Shown: positions 1-10,689 of the stretch, piece by piece
Layout of the letters: each line of letters begins with the position of its first letter
How positions within the stretch are numbered: position 1 is the first letter of the stretch
From: Octopus bimaculoides
Taxonomy: Eukaryota
Assembly: GCF_001194135.2 (NCBI RefSeq)
Contig: NW_026356536.1
Coordinates: 48,626 to 81,548 of the forward strand
Direction of reading: 5' to 3'
Length of the DNA stretch: 32,923 nucleotides
Program-made: the position numbers and the translations under genes
Notes under the pieces: model-generated
Seen by the model: the letters and a program-made list of their open reading frames with translations, nothing else
Told to the model about the DNA's origin: nothing
The model's database searches: none

Positions 1-52
1 CAGAACCATGTGGCTGGGAAGCAAGCTTCTTACCACACAGCCACACCTGCCC
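1..52 (-). mobile_element. tRNA-derived SINE family A, 5' head (cut by window edge)
   Basis: Reverse complement of the GGC..GTGGCTGTGTGGTAAG head seen at 11126 and 22535. Confidence 0.8.
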
Positions 53-254
53 TGTCTCAAATATTATTTCAGAAAATTTTTATTGCCACATTTTCCATTC
101 TGTAAATCGAAATATTCAGACCAACGTTTACAGTCAAGAAAGGTAGGATTGCAGACATTGGCCTGGAATGAATCCAGGACATCGAGGCAGTGATGAGGGA
201 TCAAGAAATGTGATGGGTGGACTTTGTTGCTGCAGACCAGGTTAGGCCCTAGCC

Positions 255-256
255 TA

Positions 257-311
<55 letters not shown>

Positions 312-1560
312 GTTTCACATTTTGCCACAAGGGAAGCAGTTTTGAGGGAGGGGACGAGTTGATTACATCGACCCCAGTGTTCAACTGGTTCTTATTTTAT
401 TGACCCCGAAAGGGTTAAAGGCAAGGTTGAATGCAGCAGAATTTGAACCCAGAACACAAAGACGGACGAAATGCTACAAAGCATTTTGCCCAGCGTGCTA
501 ATGTTTCTTATTTCTTTACTGCCCACAAGGGGCTACACACAGAAGGGACAAACAAGGACAGATAAATGGATTAAGTCGATTATATCGACCTCAGCGCATA
601 ACTGGTACTTATTTAATCGACCCCAAAAGGATGAAAGGCAAAGTTGACCTCAGCGGAATTTGAACTCAGGTGCCCAGCGTCGCCTTTCTGGCACTTGTGC
701 TCGTGGCATGTGTAAGGACTTTCGAGCGAGATTGTTGCCAGTGCCCCTGGACTGGCTCTTGTGTGGGTGGCACATAAAATACACCATTTTGAGCGTGGCC
801 ATTGCCAGTACCGCCTGACTGGCCTTCGTGCCGGTGGCACGTAAAAGCACCCACTACACTCTCTGAGTCGTTGGCGTTAGGAAGGACATCCAGCTGTAGA
901 AACTCTGCCAAATCAGATTGGAGCCTGATGTAGCCATCTGGTTTCACCAGTCTTCAGTCAAATCGTCCAACCCATGCTAGCATGGAAAGCGGACATTAAA
1001 CGATGATGATGGTGAACGTAGCGGCAGACGAAATACCGCTAAGTATTTTGCCTGGCATGCTAATGTGTCTGCCAGCTCACCACCTTAATAATAATAATTA
1101 ATAAATAATAATAATAAATAAATTAATTAATAATGACTTCAAATTCTTCCACAAGAGCAACCATTTCAGGGGAGGGGATGAGTCGATTACATCAGCCCTG
1201 GAAAGATGAAAGGGAAAGCCGGCTTTGGCAGAATTCGAACTTAAAAAAGTAGTGGCAGACGAAATACCACAAAGCATTTCACCCAGCATGCTAACAATTC
1301 TGCCAGCTCACCACCTTAATAATAATAATAATAATAATAATAAAAATAATAATAATAATAATAGTAGTAGTAGTAGTAGTAGCAGTATTTGGGACTAGTC
1401 CATTACATTGACCCCAGTGTTTCATTGGAACTTAATTTATCGACCCCCAAAAGGATGAAAGGCAAAGTCGACCTCAGTGGAATTTGAACTCAGAACGTAG
1501 CAGCAGACAAAATACTTACTGCTAAGCATCTCGCCCGGCGTGCTAACGATTCTGCCAGCT
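255..1560 (-). mobile_element. Four head-to-tail copies of SINE family D with (TTA)n or other tails (about 255-508, 505-669+1015-1086, 1087-1317, 1318-1560)
   Basis: Repeated minus-strand GAGCTGGCAGA..GTTAGCA..AAATGC head and GTCGACTTTGCCTTTCATCCTT..GGGGTCGATAA..AAGT.CCA core, separated by (TAA)n runs. Confidence 0.85.
670..1014 (+). mobile_element. RTE LINE 3' UTR fragment inserted in SINE D
   Basis: GGCGTTAGGAAGG.CATCCAGCTGTAGAAAC...CCATGCTAGCATGG...(GAT)n; splits the SINE D sequence gaactcag|aacgtagc. Confidence 0.88.
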
Positions 1561-1710
1561 AAAGACTTTTGTCTATTTCCCAATATCATTGTCATCATTT
1601 AGCAGCCATGCTGTTGCGTTGCATGCTGACATGAGCTCCTCGGTAGTTAGACGGGACCCTTTAGCTAAACAACATGATCGAATGGAATGATGATGATGAC
1701 AAATACTTAC

Positions 1711-1775
1711 AGGGGGAAATTCATCTTTAATTTTTGTCTTACTATCTTTTTTCACTTTGCCATCAGTCTTCTCTT
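1711..1775 (-). CDS. KDM5: Probable KDM5 linker exon (-EKTDGKVKKDSKTKIKDEFPP)
   Basis: Acceptor tttttaattttcacag, donor gtaagt, 65 nt. The only open frame is phase 1-0, matching the phase-1 end of the 3171-3291 exon. Confidence 0.85.
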
Positions 1776-1809
1776 CTGTGAAAATTAAAAAGCAAATGAC
1801 AACTGCATT

Positions 1810-1841
<32 letters not shown>

Positions 1842-1919
1842 TGTGTGTGTGTGTGTGCGCGCGTGAAAGGGAGAAAAAAAAACCAAGCATATTAACACCA
1901 GACCACCATACTGCAATGC

Positions 1920-2660
1920 CAAAGGTGGGCACCGTTAATGGAAAAGATAACTTCGTTAACTGTTAATCCATTAACTAAATAGTTAACTTCAATAACCATC
2001 AATTAGTTAGTTTTTTCTTTTTAAATGTAACAGAAGTAATCAATAAACTGTCAACGTTAATCTTTATTATAAAAAAGAACAAAAAAATCAGTTTTTACTC
2101 TAAATTGTTGTTGGCACTTCCGTCGCTTACGACGTGGAGGGTTCCAGTTGATCTGACCAACGGAACAGCCTGCTCGTGAAATTAACGTGCAAGTGGCTGA
2201 GCACTCCACAGACACGTGTACCCTTAACGTTGTTCTCGGAGATATTCAGCGTGACACAGTGTGACAAGGCTGACCCTTTGAATTACAGGCACAACAGAAA
2301 CAGGAAGTAAGAGTGAGAGAGAAAGTTGTGGTGGAAGAGTACAGCAGGGTTCGCCACCGTCCCCTGCCAGAGCCTCGTGGAGCTTTAGGTGTTTTCGCTC
2401 AATAAACGCTCACAACGCCCGGTCTGGGAATCGAAACCGCGATCCTATGACCGCGAGTCCGCTGCCCTAACCACTGGGCCATTGCGCCTCCACTTACTCT
2501 AAAAACACCTTTAAAAAGTGCCAAAACTATAAATTCCGTTAACTTCAATTCAATGGAAGTTAATTAGTCCAATAATGATTTCCAAAAATTAAATCATTAA
2601 TGAAAATGTTAACTTTGTTAATTAACAATTAACTGATTACCAGTTTGGTGCCCAAGTTTG
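1920..2660. mobile_element. hAT-like MITE with nested SINE B
   Basis: TIR CAAAGGTGGGCACC / GGTGCCCAAGTTTG, perfect 8-bp TSD TGCAATGC (1912-1919, 2661-2668), subterminal GTTAAC-like repeats. Confidence 0.85.
2105..2493 (-). mobile_element. Full-length tRNA-derived SINE family B with (AAC)n tail
   Basis: Head GGAGGCGCAATGGCCCAGTGGTTAGG (A box) and GGTTTCGATTCC (B box); 10-bp TSD TTACTCTAAA (2095-2104, 2494-2503). Confidence 0.93.
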
Positions 2661-2692
2661 TGCAATGCAATGGATTACTACACTGTAACTCA

Positions 2693-2767
2693 TCAACACA
2701 CACTGACTGGCCCCTCAACACACACTGACTGGCCCCAAGACACACACTGACTGGCCCCTCAACACAC
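2693..2767. repeat. 22-bp minisatellite, about 3.4 units (TCAACACACACTGACTGGCCCC)
   Basis: Units start at 2693, 2715, 2737 and (partial) 2759. Confidence 0.9.
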
Positions 2768-3170
2768 TACACAGCACCCAATACACACACGCAACTAACT
2801 CTAGACCCATACTCAAACCAGCTGCTCTCTCCAACAGTTTGTTCACAACTGGGATCTACATGGCTCCGAAGGTCCATATGAGATTTTTAGGGGTCCACAA
2901 CAGTATTTTAAGGGCCCCTGAAAAAACTTTACTTTAGATGTATGTATTGGTGTATATTTTAATATTTTGCATAGGCATAGCAATACAAATAACCTGGCAT
3001 TAGAATTCAATATACAAGGTGATACACAAGCACTCAACTACGAGAGCGTCTTCCAGCAGAAACACCTGTAAGCCGATGAATTTCATTACATAACTTCTTA
3101 TTCTTTTATCATTTATTTAATTTCTTGTATCGTGTGCACGTGTGTATCTCGTTTGTATACAATATTTTAC

Positions 3171-3291
3171 CTTTCACCGTGCTGGGAACTGCTGCTTTGG
3201 GCCCCGCTCCATAAAACTGTAGCTTTCTCAGCTCATTGTTAGCAGAGTAGTCGATTTTGGAATTTGGAACATTGTTTTGGACGACAGGAGT
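3171..3291 (-). CDS. KDM5: Probable KDM5 linker exon (TPVVQNNVPNSKIDYSANNELRKLQFYGAGPKAAVPSTVK-)
   Basis: Acceptor gtgtttcttttcag, donor gtaaaa, 121 nt, phase 0-1. ELRKLQFYGAGPK resembles the KDM5 linker motif ELKKLQIFGAGPK. Confidence 0.9.
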
Positions 3292-3384
3292 CTGAAAAGA
3301 AACACAGACAAATAAAGCAGGGATTATATTGATGCCTTAGAGAATTTGAAAGACTGAGAATAGAATCATCTTATCATGGGTATG

Positions 3385-3650
3385 CATGTGTGTGTATGTC
3401 TCATCACTTGACAACTGGTGTTGGTTTGTTTACATCCCTGTAAGTTAACTAATAACTATTCCATAAAAAGACCAATAGGCACAGACATGGCTGTGTGGTA
3501 AGAAGTTTACTTCCCAACCACATGACTCCAGGTTCAGTCCCATTGTGCGGCATCTTGGGCCAAGTGTTTTCTAATATAGCCTCAGGATGGCCAAAGTCTT
3601 GTGAGTGGATTTGGTAGACAGAAACTGAAAGAAGCCCCATCATATGTTTC
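3385..3650 (+). mobile_element. SINE family A pieces (3'-half fragment followed by head and core)
   Basis: GGCTGTGTGGTAAG head, CTTGGGC.AAGTG CORE-like segment, GGATTTGGTAGAC.GAAACTGAAAGAAGCCC. Confidence 0.8.
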
Positions 3651-3689
3651 TGGCCTCTTTCTCACTCTCCATCTTTTCTCTCTCTCTCT

Positions 3690-4125
3690 CACTGGATAAC
3701 CATGTACCTCGTCCTCTATAACAAGACACCTATTTCTCTGTTACACTCTAACCCTTCATCATCTGATACTGGATCCCCTCTTCTAATGCCCCCCCCCCTG
3801 TTGTGGCAAGACACCTGCTTCTGTCTCTCTGTCTCCTTGTCACACTCTAATCTTTCATCTTCTGACACAAGTTGCCCACCCCCCACTGCCCCTCTCATAA
3901 TTCCTTGTCCTGCACGTTACTTGGTTACCCTGCCTGTGCTGGTGCCATGTTAAAAGCATCCAGTGCACACTGTAACGAGGTTGGTGTTAGGAAGGGCATC
4001 CAGCCGTAAAATCTCTGCCAAAACAGACACAGTAGCCGAGGGCAGTTTTTCTACCTGGCCACCTCCTGTCAACCGTACTATCCTTCAATGCATGCAAGAT
4101 GGACATTAAACAATGATGATGATGA
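3690..4125 (+). mobile_element. Older RTE 3' UTR variant
   Basis: GGTGTTAGGAAGGGCATCCAGCCGTAAAA and a GGACATTAAACAATGATGATG tail; internally duplicated CAAGACACC..ACACTCTAA segment. 5' boundary uncertain. Confidence 0.7.
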
Positions 4126-4311
4126 TATATACATACATACATACATATGTGTGTGTGTGTGTCTTGCAAGATTCTTGATGTGAAATTGTGTATTGAAACA
4201 GATATTGTTGTATTTGGGGATGGTCATGTTGCCAGTTTAGTCAATAAAAACACACGCATTATATATTTGGTGTTAATTTGCTTCAGCTTTATATTACATT
4301 AATTGTATTTC

Positions 4312-4356
4312 GGCCAGAGTTCTTTCGTCACACTTCTGTGACCTCATCAGTGGTCC
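4312..4356 (-). ncRNA. Minimal type I hammerhead ribozyme motif
   Basis: Minus strand reads GGACCA-CTGATGA-G-GTCACA(GAAG)TGTGAC-GAAA-GAAC-TC-TGGCC: intact core, 6-bp stem II, CUC triplet, stem I of 5 bp with one bulge. Confidence 0.7.
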
Positions 4357-4594
4357 TTTGCTTTCTTCTTTCTTATATGTGTGTCCCTCCTTGCTAACGA
4401 TCAGCCATTTTGTAGTTTGTATTCCAATTGTATGTGTCTATATATGCGCATGCGTATCCCTCTGTGTGTGTCTATGTCTTGTAAGTGCATTAACGAACAT
4501 GTATTAACAGGGGATACAGATAATACAGGCACTCCCCATACACACACATACACTTAGCAAGGAGGGACACACATATAAGAAAGAAGACAGCAAA

Positions 4595-4629
4595 GGACCA
4601 CTGATGAGGTCACAGAAGTGTGACGAAAG
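4595..4629 (+). ncRNA. Second hammerhead core; cleavage-site half lost in the 10-N gap
   Basis: GGACCA CTGATGA G GTCACAGAAGTGTGAC GAAAG, then N run at 4630-4639. Confidence 0.6.
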
Positions 4630-4721
4630 NNNNNNNNNNAATAAAGCTGAAGCAAATTAAAACCAAATATATAATGCATGTGTTTTTATTGGCTAAACTG
4701 GCAACATGGCCATCCCCAAAT

Positions 4722-4759
<38 letters not shown>

Positions 4760-4829
4760 TCATAAATAATTATTAACTGTTTATAACACATCCTCTCAGC
4801 ATTCACTATTTTGCCCTTGTTCAGTTCTA

Positions 4830-4865
4830 ATCGTTTAACGTCCGCTTTCCATGCTAGCATGGGTT
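4830..4865 (-). mobile_element. Ultra-short RTE 3'-terminal insertion
   Basis: Exact match to the RTE terminus CCCATGCTAGCATGGAAAGCGGACGTTAAACGAT. Confidence 0.8.
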
Positions 4866-5544
4866 TTTTGTTTTCATTCGATCTCCCTGTATGTCTCCAC
4901 TGTCCTGTTTTTGTTCCTAACTTTGACCCTCCATAAATCCAAAATTTTATTTTGGTATTTATGGGAGCAACTGTCTTCAAAGACTCATATTGTCGTTAAT
5001 TGCTCAAAATAGGGAGCAGATAAACAGCCGACAAACTGATGAAGGGTCGTTCTTTGTATTACTCGTCACGTTTCCCATTTTATTCTCTCGTTTGTTTTTG
5101 TATTTCATGTTATTTACTGTGGTGACATCCAGTGCCCATATATGCATATATATATATATATATTATTTATATTATTATATATACATACACACACACACAC
5201 ACACACATGTCCTGGGTATGACTTGTAAAAAAACATCTAGCAGTGAGGTCCTGATCCCAGCTCTACTGACTCAAAGTAGTAGCACCTGCCAGGGTCCCAG
5301 CTATGGGTTAATTAGCATATTAGGGCCTACTTGTGTATGCATATGAAGAGAGGATCCGCTGGATTCTGTAGAAGGAACCGTTCAATGGTTTAAGAGGGGG
5401 GGGGGAGAACAGCTGCAGCAATGCATTATGGCGTGCAGAGATCAAGAATGAAGCAAGTAAGACACGTTGGTCGCCAACTGGATTAAAGATGGTCATGAAT
5501 ACGAGAGCGAGGTTGATGGTGTGCAACTGGTTTCCACTGTAAGC

Positions 5545-5807
5545 CAGGGCTGTGGAGTTGGAGTCGTGGAGTCGGAAACAATTTAGGGGTAGCTGGAGTT
5601 GGAAAGACAACTGAGTCCGACTCACAATGTCTTTATTTCTTTAATATAAACCAGTTATAACATATTGGCCAACTCAAAGTACAAGCATATGCATTCACTT
5701 TATGAGACACGTAGACTACAATCACTTAATTACATCAGAGTCAGAGGTGCCAATAGTAGAGGAGTCGGAGTCATAGTGACGTTTTTTGTCTTGACTCCAC
5801 AGTCCTG
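5545..5807. mobile_element. hAT-like MITE (CAGGGCTGTGGAGTC TIR family)
   Basis: TIR CAGGGCTGTGGAGT / GACTCCACAGTCCTG; TSD CTGTAAGC / CTATAAGC; internal GGAGTC repeats. Confidence 0.85.
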
Positions 5808-6191
5808 CTATAAGCAAAGTCACTATGCAAGTCAGTGGTCGTCTTTTAAGATGACTAAGTGGTCCTTGTTGCCCCAATAGATGTGTGTATGTGTATGCAC
5901 ACATACACAAGGTGGTGTAGTCAATACACAGAAATGTCTCTGATCACTGGTTGTAACTCAATGAAGGTCGACCTGGGGCTAAAAAGCAACAGCAGCAGCT
6001 CCTTAGTGTTCTGGCATGACCAACCCAGTGACTGGAACCACTTAAAGAAAGGTGCAACAAACAATAGAAGAAATAAAAGAAGGGCTAGTGGAGAAATAAA
6101 GAAGTGGGGGTTTAAGGTGGGCGAGTGGAGTGCTGAAAACAAAAACAAAACAGAAAGAAAAACAGAGAGCAGGGTTTCAATCCCAACTTAC

Positions 6192-6317
6192 TTTGTTAAT
6201 ATTTCGTTTAGTTTTCCTTGTGTAACCACCACTGGTGGAGTCTGTCGCTATTACACCATGTGGCTTGTACTCCTTGTCTGATTTATCATCAACAGTTTCA
6301 GAGTGCATGTCGGTAGC
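6192..6317 (-). CDS. KDM5: Probable KDM5 linker exon (ATDMHSETVDDKSDKEYKPHGVIATDSTSGGYTRKTKRNINK)
   Basis: Acceptor ccctatatctgcag, donor gtaagt, 126 nt. Only frame 0 is open, compatible with both neighbouring exons. Non-repetitive sequence. Confidence 0.82.
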
Positions 6318-7824
6318 CTGCAGATATAGGGAAACAGGAGTCAAATCATTAGGAGAGAGAGAGAGAGAGAGATGGGGAGGGAGAGAGACATTAATAACAT
6401 GAAGAGGATAAGTGAAAGAGGCTTTAACCCTGTAGCTTTCATATTAGTCTATCAAATGTTATCATCATCATCATTAATGTTGTTTAACATCCGCTCTTCA
6501 TGCTGGCATGAGTTAGACGTTTTGACTGGAGCTGCACCAGGTTCCAGTTTGATTTCGTATGGTTTCTACTGATGGATGCCCTTCCTAACACCAACCACTC
6601 CAAGAGTGTAATGAGAGCTTTTACGTGCCACTAGCACATGTACCATTTACATGACAGCGGCAACAACCACGACTGCGATGCATGGGTGCTGTTTACATGG
6701 TACCATCAACGACCACAACTACGATGCATGGGCGTCATTTACATGACATCAGCACGGCTACATGCAGTTGGCCTGACGAGTTTTCTCACGCACAGAATAT
6801 CGCCAGAGCTCTTAGTCACTTGTTAACACCTCTGAGAGGCCCAACATTCGAAGATCATGCTTCACCACCTTGTCCCATGTCTTCCTGAGTCTACCTCTAC
6901 CACAAGTTCTCTCCACAGTTAGAGATTGACACTTCTTTACACAGCTGTCCTCGTCCATACACATCACATGACAATACCAGCGCAGTCACCTCTCTTGCAC
7001 ACCACATCTGATGCCTCTTATGCCCAACTTTTCTCTCAAGACGCTTACACTCTGTCGTACATTACACATCCAGCAAAGCATACTGGCTTCATTTCTTTTA
7101 GGCCTATGCATGTCCTCAGCTATCACAGCCCATGTTTCTCTGCCATGTAGCATAGCTGTTCACATACAGGCATCATACAGTCTTCCTTTCACTTTGAGGG
7201 AGTGGCCCTTTGTTACCAACAGAGATAGGAGTACTCTGAACTTTGCCCATCCTATTCTTATTCTCAATACACACTCTTGGAGCATCGACTTCCACTACTG
7301 ACTTGGTCACACAAAAATAACGGAAGCTTTCAACTACCTCTAGCTTGACCCTTGGCAGTTGATGGTGTCTATTTTCTGCACATTTTCAGCATTTATTGTA
7401 CCTGTGCACCTTCCACACACAAAATCTATTTTCCCTGATAACCTTCCTCTGATATTGCTGCACCTTTTATGTGTCCATAGCTTACACAGGGTACATCTTA
7501 TCGAGCTTCTACCTACACCTTTTCTACAGAATGAGCAGGGCCATCTACCTGAGGGGGATTTGTGATTTGTCCACTTCCCTACTTACTAAGACTTTAGTTT
7601 TTGCTAGATTGACTTTAAGGCCCTTTGATTCTAGACCTTGCTGCCACACCTGAAATTTCCTCTCTAGTTCTGTAAATGATTCAGTTATGAGAACAAGGTC
7701 ATCAGCACAGAAGAGCTCCCAAGTGCAGCCCATCATAAATTCCTCTGTTATTGCCTGGAGGACTATGATGAACAGGAGAGGGGGGCTGAGGACTGATCTT
7801 TGGTGAATGCCTACTTGTGCTCTG

Positions 7825-8213
7825 GGGAGGCGCAATGGCCCAGTGGTTAGGGCAGCAGACTTGCGGTCATAGGATCGCGATTTCTATTCCCAGACTGGGC
7901 GTTGTGAGTGTTTATTGAGTGAAAACACCTAAAGCTCCACGAGACTCCGGCAGGGGATGGTGGCGAACCCTGCTGTACTCTTTCACCACAACTTTCTCTC
8001 ACTCTTACTTCCTGTTTCTGTTGTGCCTGTAATTCAAAGGGTCAGCCTTGTCACACTCTGTGTCACGCTGAATATCCCCGAGAACTACGTTAAGGGTACA
8101 CGTGTCTGTGGAGTGCTCAGCCACTTGCATGTTAATTTCACGAGCAGGCTGTTCCGTTGATCGGATCAACTGGAACCCTCGACGTCGTAAGCGACGGAGT
8201 GCCAACAACAACA
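7825..8213 (+). mobile_element. Full-length SINE family B
   Basis: Head and (AAC)n tail; 12-bp TSD ACTTGTGCTCTG / ACTTCTGCTCTG; interrupts the RTE RT coding region. Confidence 0.93.
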
Positions 8214-8547
8214 ACTTCTGCTCTGAATTCATCACCATATTGTTGACAACCCTCACCTTATGAGAGCTTGTACTGCTCTCGCCAACCACTCATCTGTCCC
8301 GAGTTTTCGCACTGACCATTAATATAAGGGATCGAGGGACCCTGTCAAAGGCTTTCTCCATGTCAACAAAAGTACAAAGGTTTATCTTTGGCTAGGTACT
8401 TCCCCTGCAGTTGCCTTACCAGCATCAGTGGTGCTTCCCCCTGGCACAAAACTAAACTCCATCTCATCTAGATTAACTCTGTCCTAATTACTTGGGCTAT
8501 GACCTTCTCCATAACTCTCATCACCTGATCTAACAATTTGATACCTC

Positions 8548-8778
8548 CAGGGCTGTAGAGTCAAAACAAAAAATTTCGACTCCAACTCCTCTATTATTGG
8601 CGACTCCGACTCCTCTTTATGTAATTAAGTGATTATGGTCTACATATCTCATACTTTGAGTAGGCCTATATGTTATAACTGGTTTATATTAATAAAGATA
8701 TTGTGAGTCGGAGTCAGTATAGTTTTAACAACTCAAACTACCCTTGTTTCCAATTCTGACCCCGACTCCACAGCCCTG
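8548..8778. mobile_element. hAT-like MITE, same family as 5545-5807, opposite orientation
   Basis: TIR CAGGGCTGT / ACAGCCCTG; perfect 8-bp TSD GATACCTC (8540-8547, 8779-8786). Confidence 0.9.
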
Positions 8779-9349
8779 GATACCTCTGTAATTATTTCAG
8801 CCCAATGCATCCAGTTTACCTTTGTAGCAATTAACTATGATGCTGCTTCACCAGTCATTGGGTATGACTCCCTCATGTACAACCAGATTTACTAGACCGT
8901 TAACCAGACCACACCCCAACACTGCCAGATTTTTCAAGCATCTCAGAAGTGATTCCTGATGGGCCAAGGGCTTCCCTGGTCTTCATATCCTTCATGGCTT
9001 TATCTACCATGCTACTGTCTATTCGGATTGCCGGTCCCTCTGTCGGACCCACTTTCAGCAGACTCTCCTTCTCCCATTTAGTAGCCTTTCATAGTGACAC
9101 ATTCAAGCCTCTTTCCTTGCAGGGTCACTAACTGCAAGTGAACCCTCATCCATAAAAACACAATTCTCAACATCACAACTTCCCCTGGCACTCTGTCTTG
9201 CAAGCCAAAACACTTCAAGCCTCTGGTCCTCATGCTGTAAGACATTGGCAAACTTCTCCCTTTCTGTTTCACTCCTGGCTGAGTATACCTGCCTCCTAGC
9301 TTCCTGATATAGCTCCTTGCTACCGCTACCCTTCCAGTCTTTGCATGTA

Positions 9350-9510
9350 TTCACATTATTTTGAATTAATCAAGCATTATTTCATAGCTTCAAGATTTAA
9401 ATGATGTGGCTGTATATCTTTAGAATGACATTGAAGAGTAAGTGAGAGAGGCTTGATCTGGCCAGTTTTGACATAAAACAGGTTGAATACTTCAGCCAGA
9501 CATGGCCAGT
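9350..9510. repeat. Interspersed repeat fragment, homologous to 20450-20645
   Basis: Shared TAGAATGACATTG...GATCTG.C..GTTT.GAC.TAAAAC segment. Confidence 0.65.
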
Positions 9511-9630
9511 CTTGGATTCAGTCCCACTGCATGGCAGCTTGGGCAAAGGTCTTCTACTATAACCTTGGCCTTGTGAGTGGATTTAGTAGACGGAAACTGA
9601 AAGAAGCCCATCATATATATATATATATAT
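9506..9630 (+). mobile_element. SINE family A fragment
   Basis: GGATTCAGTCCCACTGC..GCTTGGGCAAAG..GGAAACTGAAAGAAGCCC followed by (TA)n. Confidence 0.8.
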
Positions 9631-9776
9631 AAGATCCAGGGATCAAGGTGTTAGGAAGAAAGTTAGCTTCAAGTAATCCGTAGTAAAAATAAAAACAACT
9701 TTCAAAGACAATAGTGGTTTATTGAGACAGAAAGTTATTTTTTCGTATCGAAGTACAATAAACTGAATATATATAT

Positions 9777-10140
9777 CATCATCATCGTTTAACATCCGCT
9801 TTCCATGCTAGCATGGGTTGGACGATTTGACAGAGGACTGGTGGACCAGATGGCTACACCAGGCTCCAATCTGATTTGGCAGAGTTTCTACAGCTGGATG
9901 CCCTTCCTAACGCCAACCACTCCGAGAGTGTAGTGGGTGCTTTTACGTGTCACCTGCACAGGAGCCAGTCCATCGGCACTGGCAACAATCTCGCTCGAAT
10001 GTCTTTTCACGTGCCAGGAAGTCGACGTTGGTAACGATGACGCTGATGCTATTTACATGCCACCTCATCACAGGTCTTCCTAAGCCTGCCTTTTCCACGG
10101 GTTCCCTCAACCGCTAGGGTGTGGCACTTTTTCACGCAGC
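9777..10140 (-). mobile_element. RTE 3' end running into an assembly gap
   Basis: (CAT)n tail, 3' UTR, and ORF end CVKKCHTLAVEGTRGKGRLRKT. Confidence 0.88.
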
Positions 10141-10419
10141 NNNNNNNNNNNNNNNNNNNNNNNNNNNNNNNNNNNNNNNNNNNNNNNNNNNNNNNNNNNN
10201 NNNNNNNNNNNNNNNNNNNNNNNNNNNNNNNNNNNNNNNNNNNNNNNNNNNNNNNNNNNNNNNNNNNNNNNNNNNNNNNNNNNNNNNNNNNNNNNNNNNN
10301 NNNNNNNNNNNNNNNNNNNNNNNNNNNNNNNNNNNNNNNNNNNNNNNNNNNNNNNNNNNNNNNNNNNNNNNNNNNNNNNNNNNNNNNNNNNNNNNNNNNN
10401 NNNNNNNNNNNNNNNNNNN

Positions 10420-10450
<31 letters not shown>

Positions 10451-10666
10451 GTGTGTGTGTTTGTTTGTTCCCCCCACCACCACCACCATCACTTGACAAC
10501 CGATGTTGGCAGGTTTACATCTTTGTAACTTGGCAGTTCAGCAAAAGAGACCAATAAAGTACCAGGCTTAAAAAGAATAAGTCCTGGGTGTCAATTTCTT
10601 TGACTAAAAGGCAGTGCTCCAGCAAGGCCACAGTCAAATGACTGAAACAAGTAAAAGAATAAAAAG
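10420..10666 (+). mobile_element. SINE family A 3' half
   Basis: Internal (TA)/(TG) tract and tail GCTCCAGC..GGCCACAGTCAAATGACTGAAACAAGTAAAAGA. Confidence 0.85.
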
Positions 10667-10689
10667 ATCATCTGCAAGTGGTGGCTGTA

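Larger units (their letters stand above)
4160..4731. mobile_element. Penelope-like (pLTR) remnant forming an inverted repeat (arms 4202-4397 and 4554-4731)
   Basis: About 5 mismatches over about 160 comparable bases between the arms; each arm holds a hammerhead core; flanked by (GT)n and (AT)n; no ORF. Confidence 0.7.
6455..9352 (-). mobile_element. 5'-truncated, decayed RTE LINE (RT domain, C-terminus, 3' UTR, (GAT)n tail) with nested SINE B and MITE
   Basis: Fragments VGIHQRSVLSP..LFIIVLQAITEEF, ELFCADDLVL (YADD equivalent) and GLKVNLAKTKV; tail at about 6460; many stops and frameshifts. Confidence 0.92.

Noticed and set aside
2825-3050. DNA-transposon remnant (also a CAGTGTTTCCCAA end at about 31242)
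   Set aside because: Only a vague resemblance to hAT-like MITEs; no paired TIR or TSD found.
5000-5075. CTGATGA at 5036 as a third hammerhead
   Set aside because: No downstream GAAA and no convincing stems I or III in any topology.
5340-5545. GC-richer non-repetitive stretch as a possible exon or other gene
   Set aside because: No consistent splice sites and no recognisable peptide on either strand.
7825-7900. tRNA genes (also at 14528, 11126, 22535, 25862)
   Set aside because: These are SINE heads continuing into SINE bodies with tails and TSDs; no complete cloverleaf.
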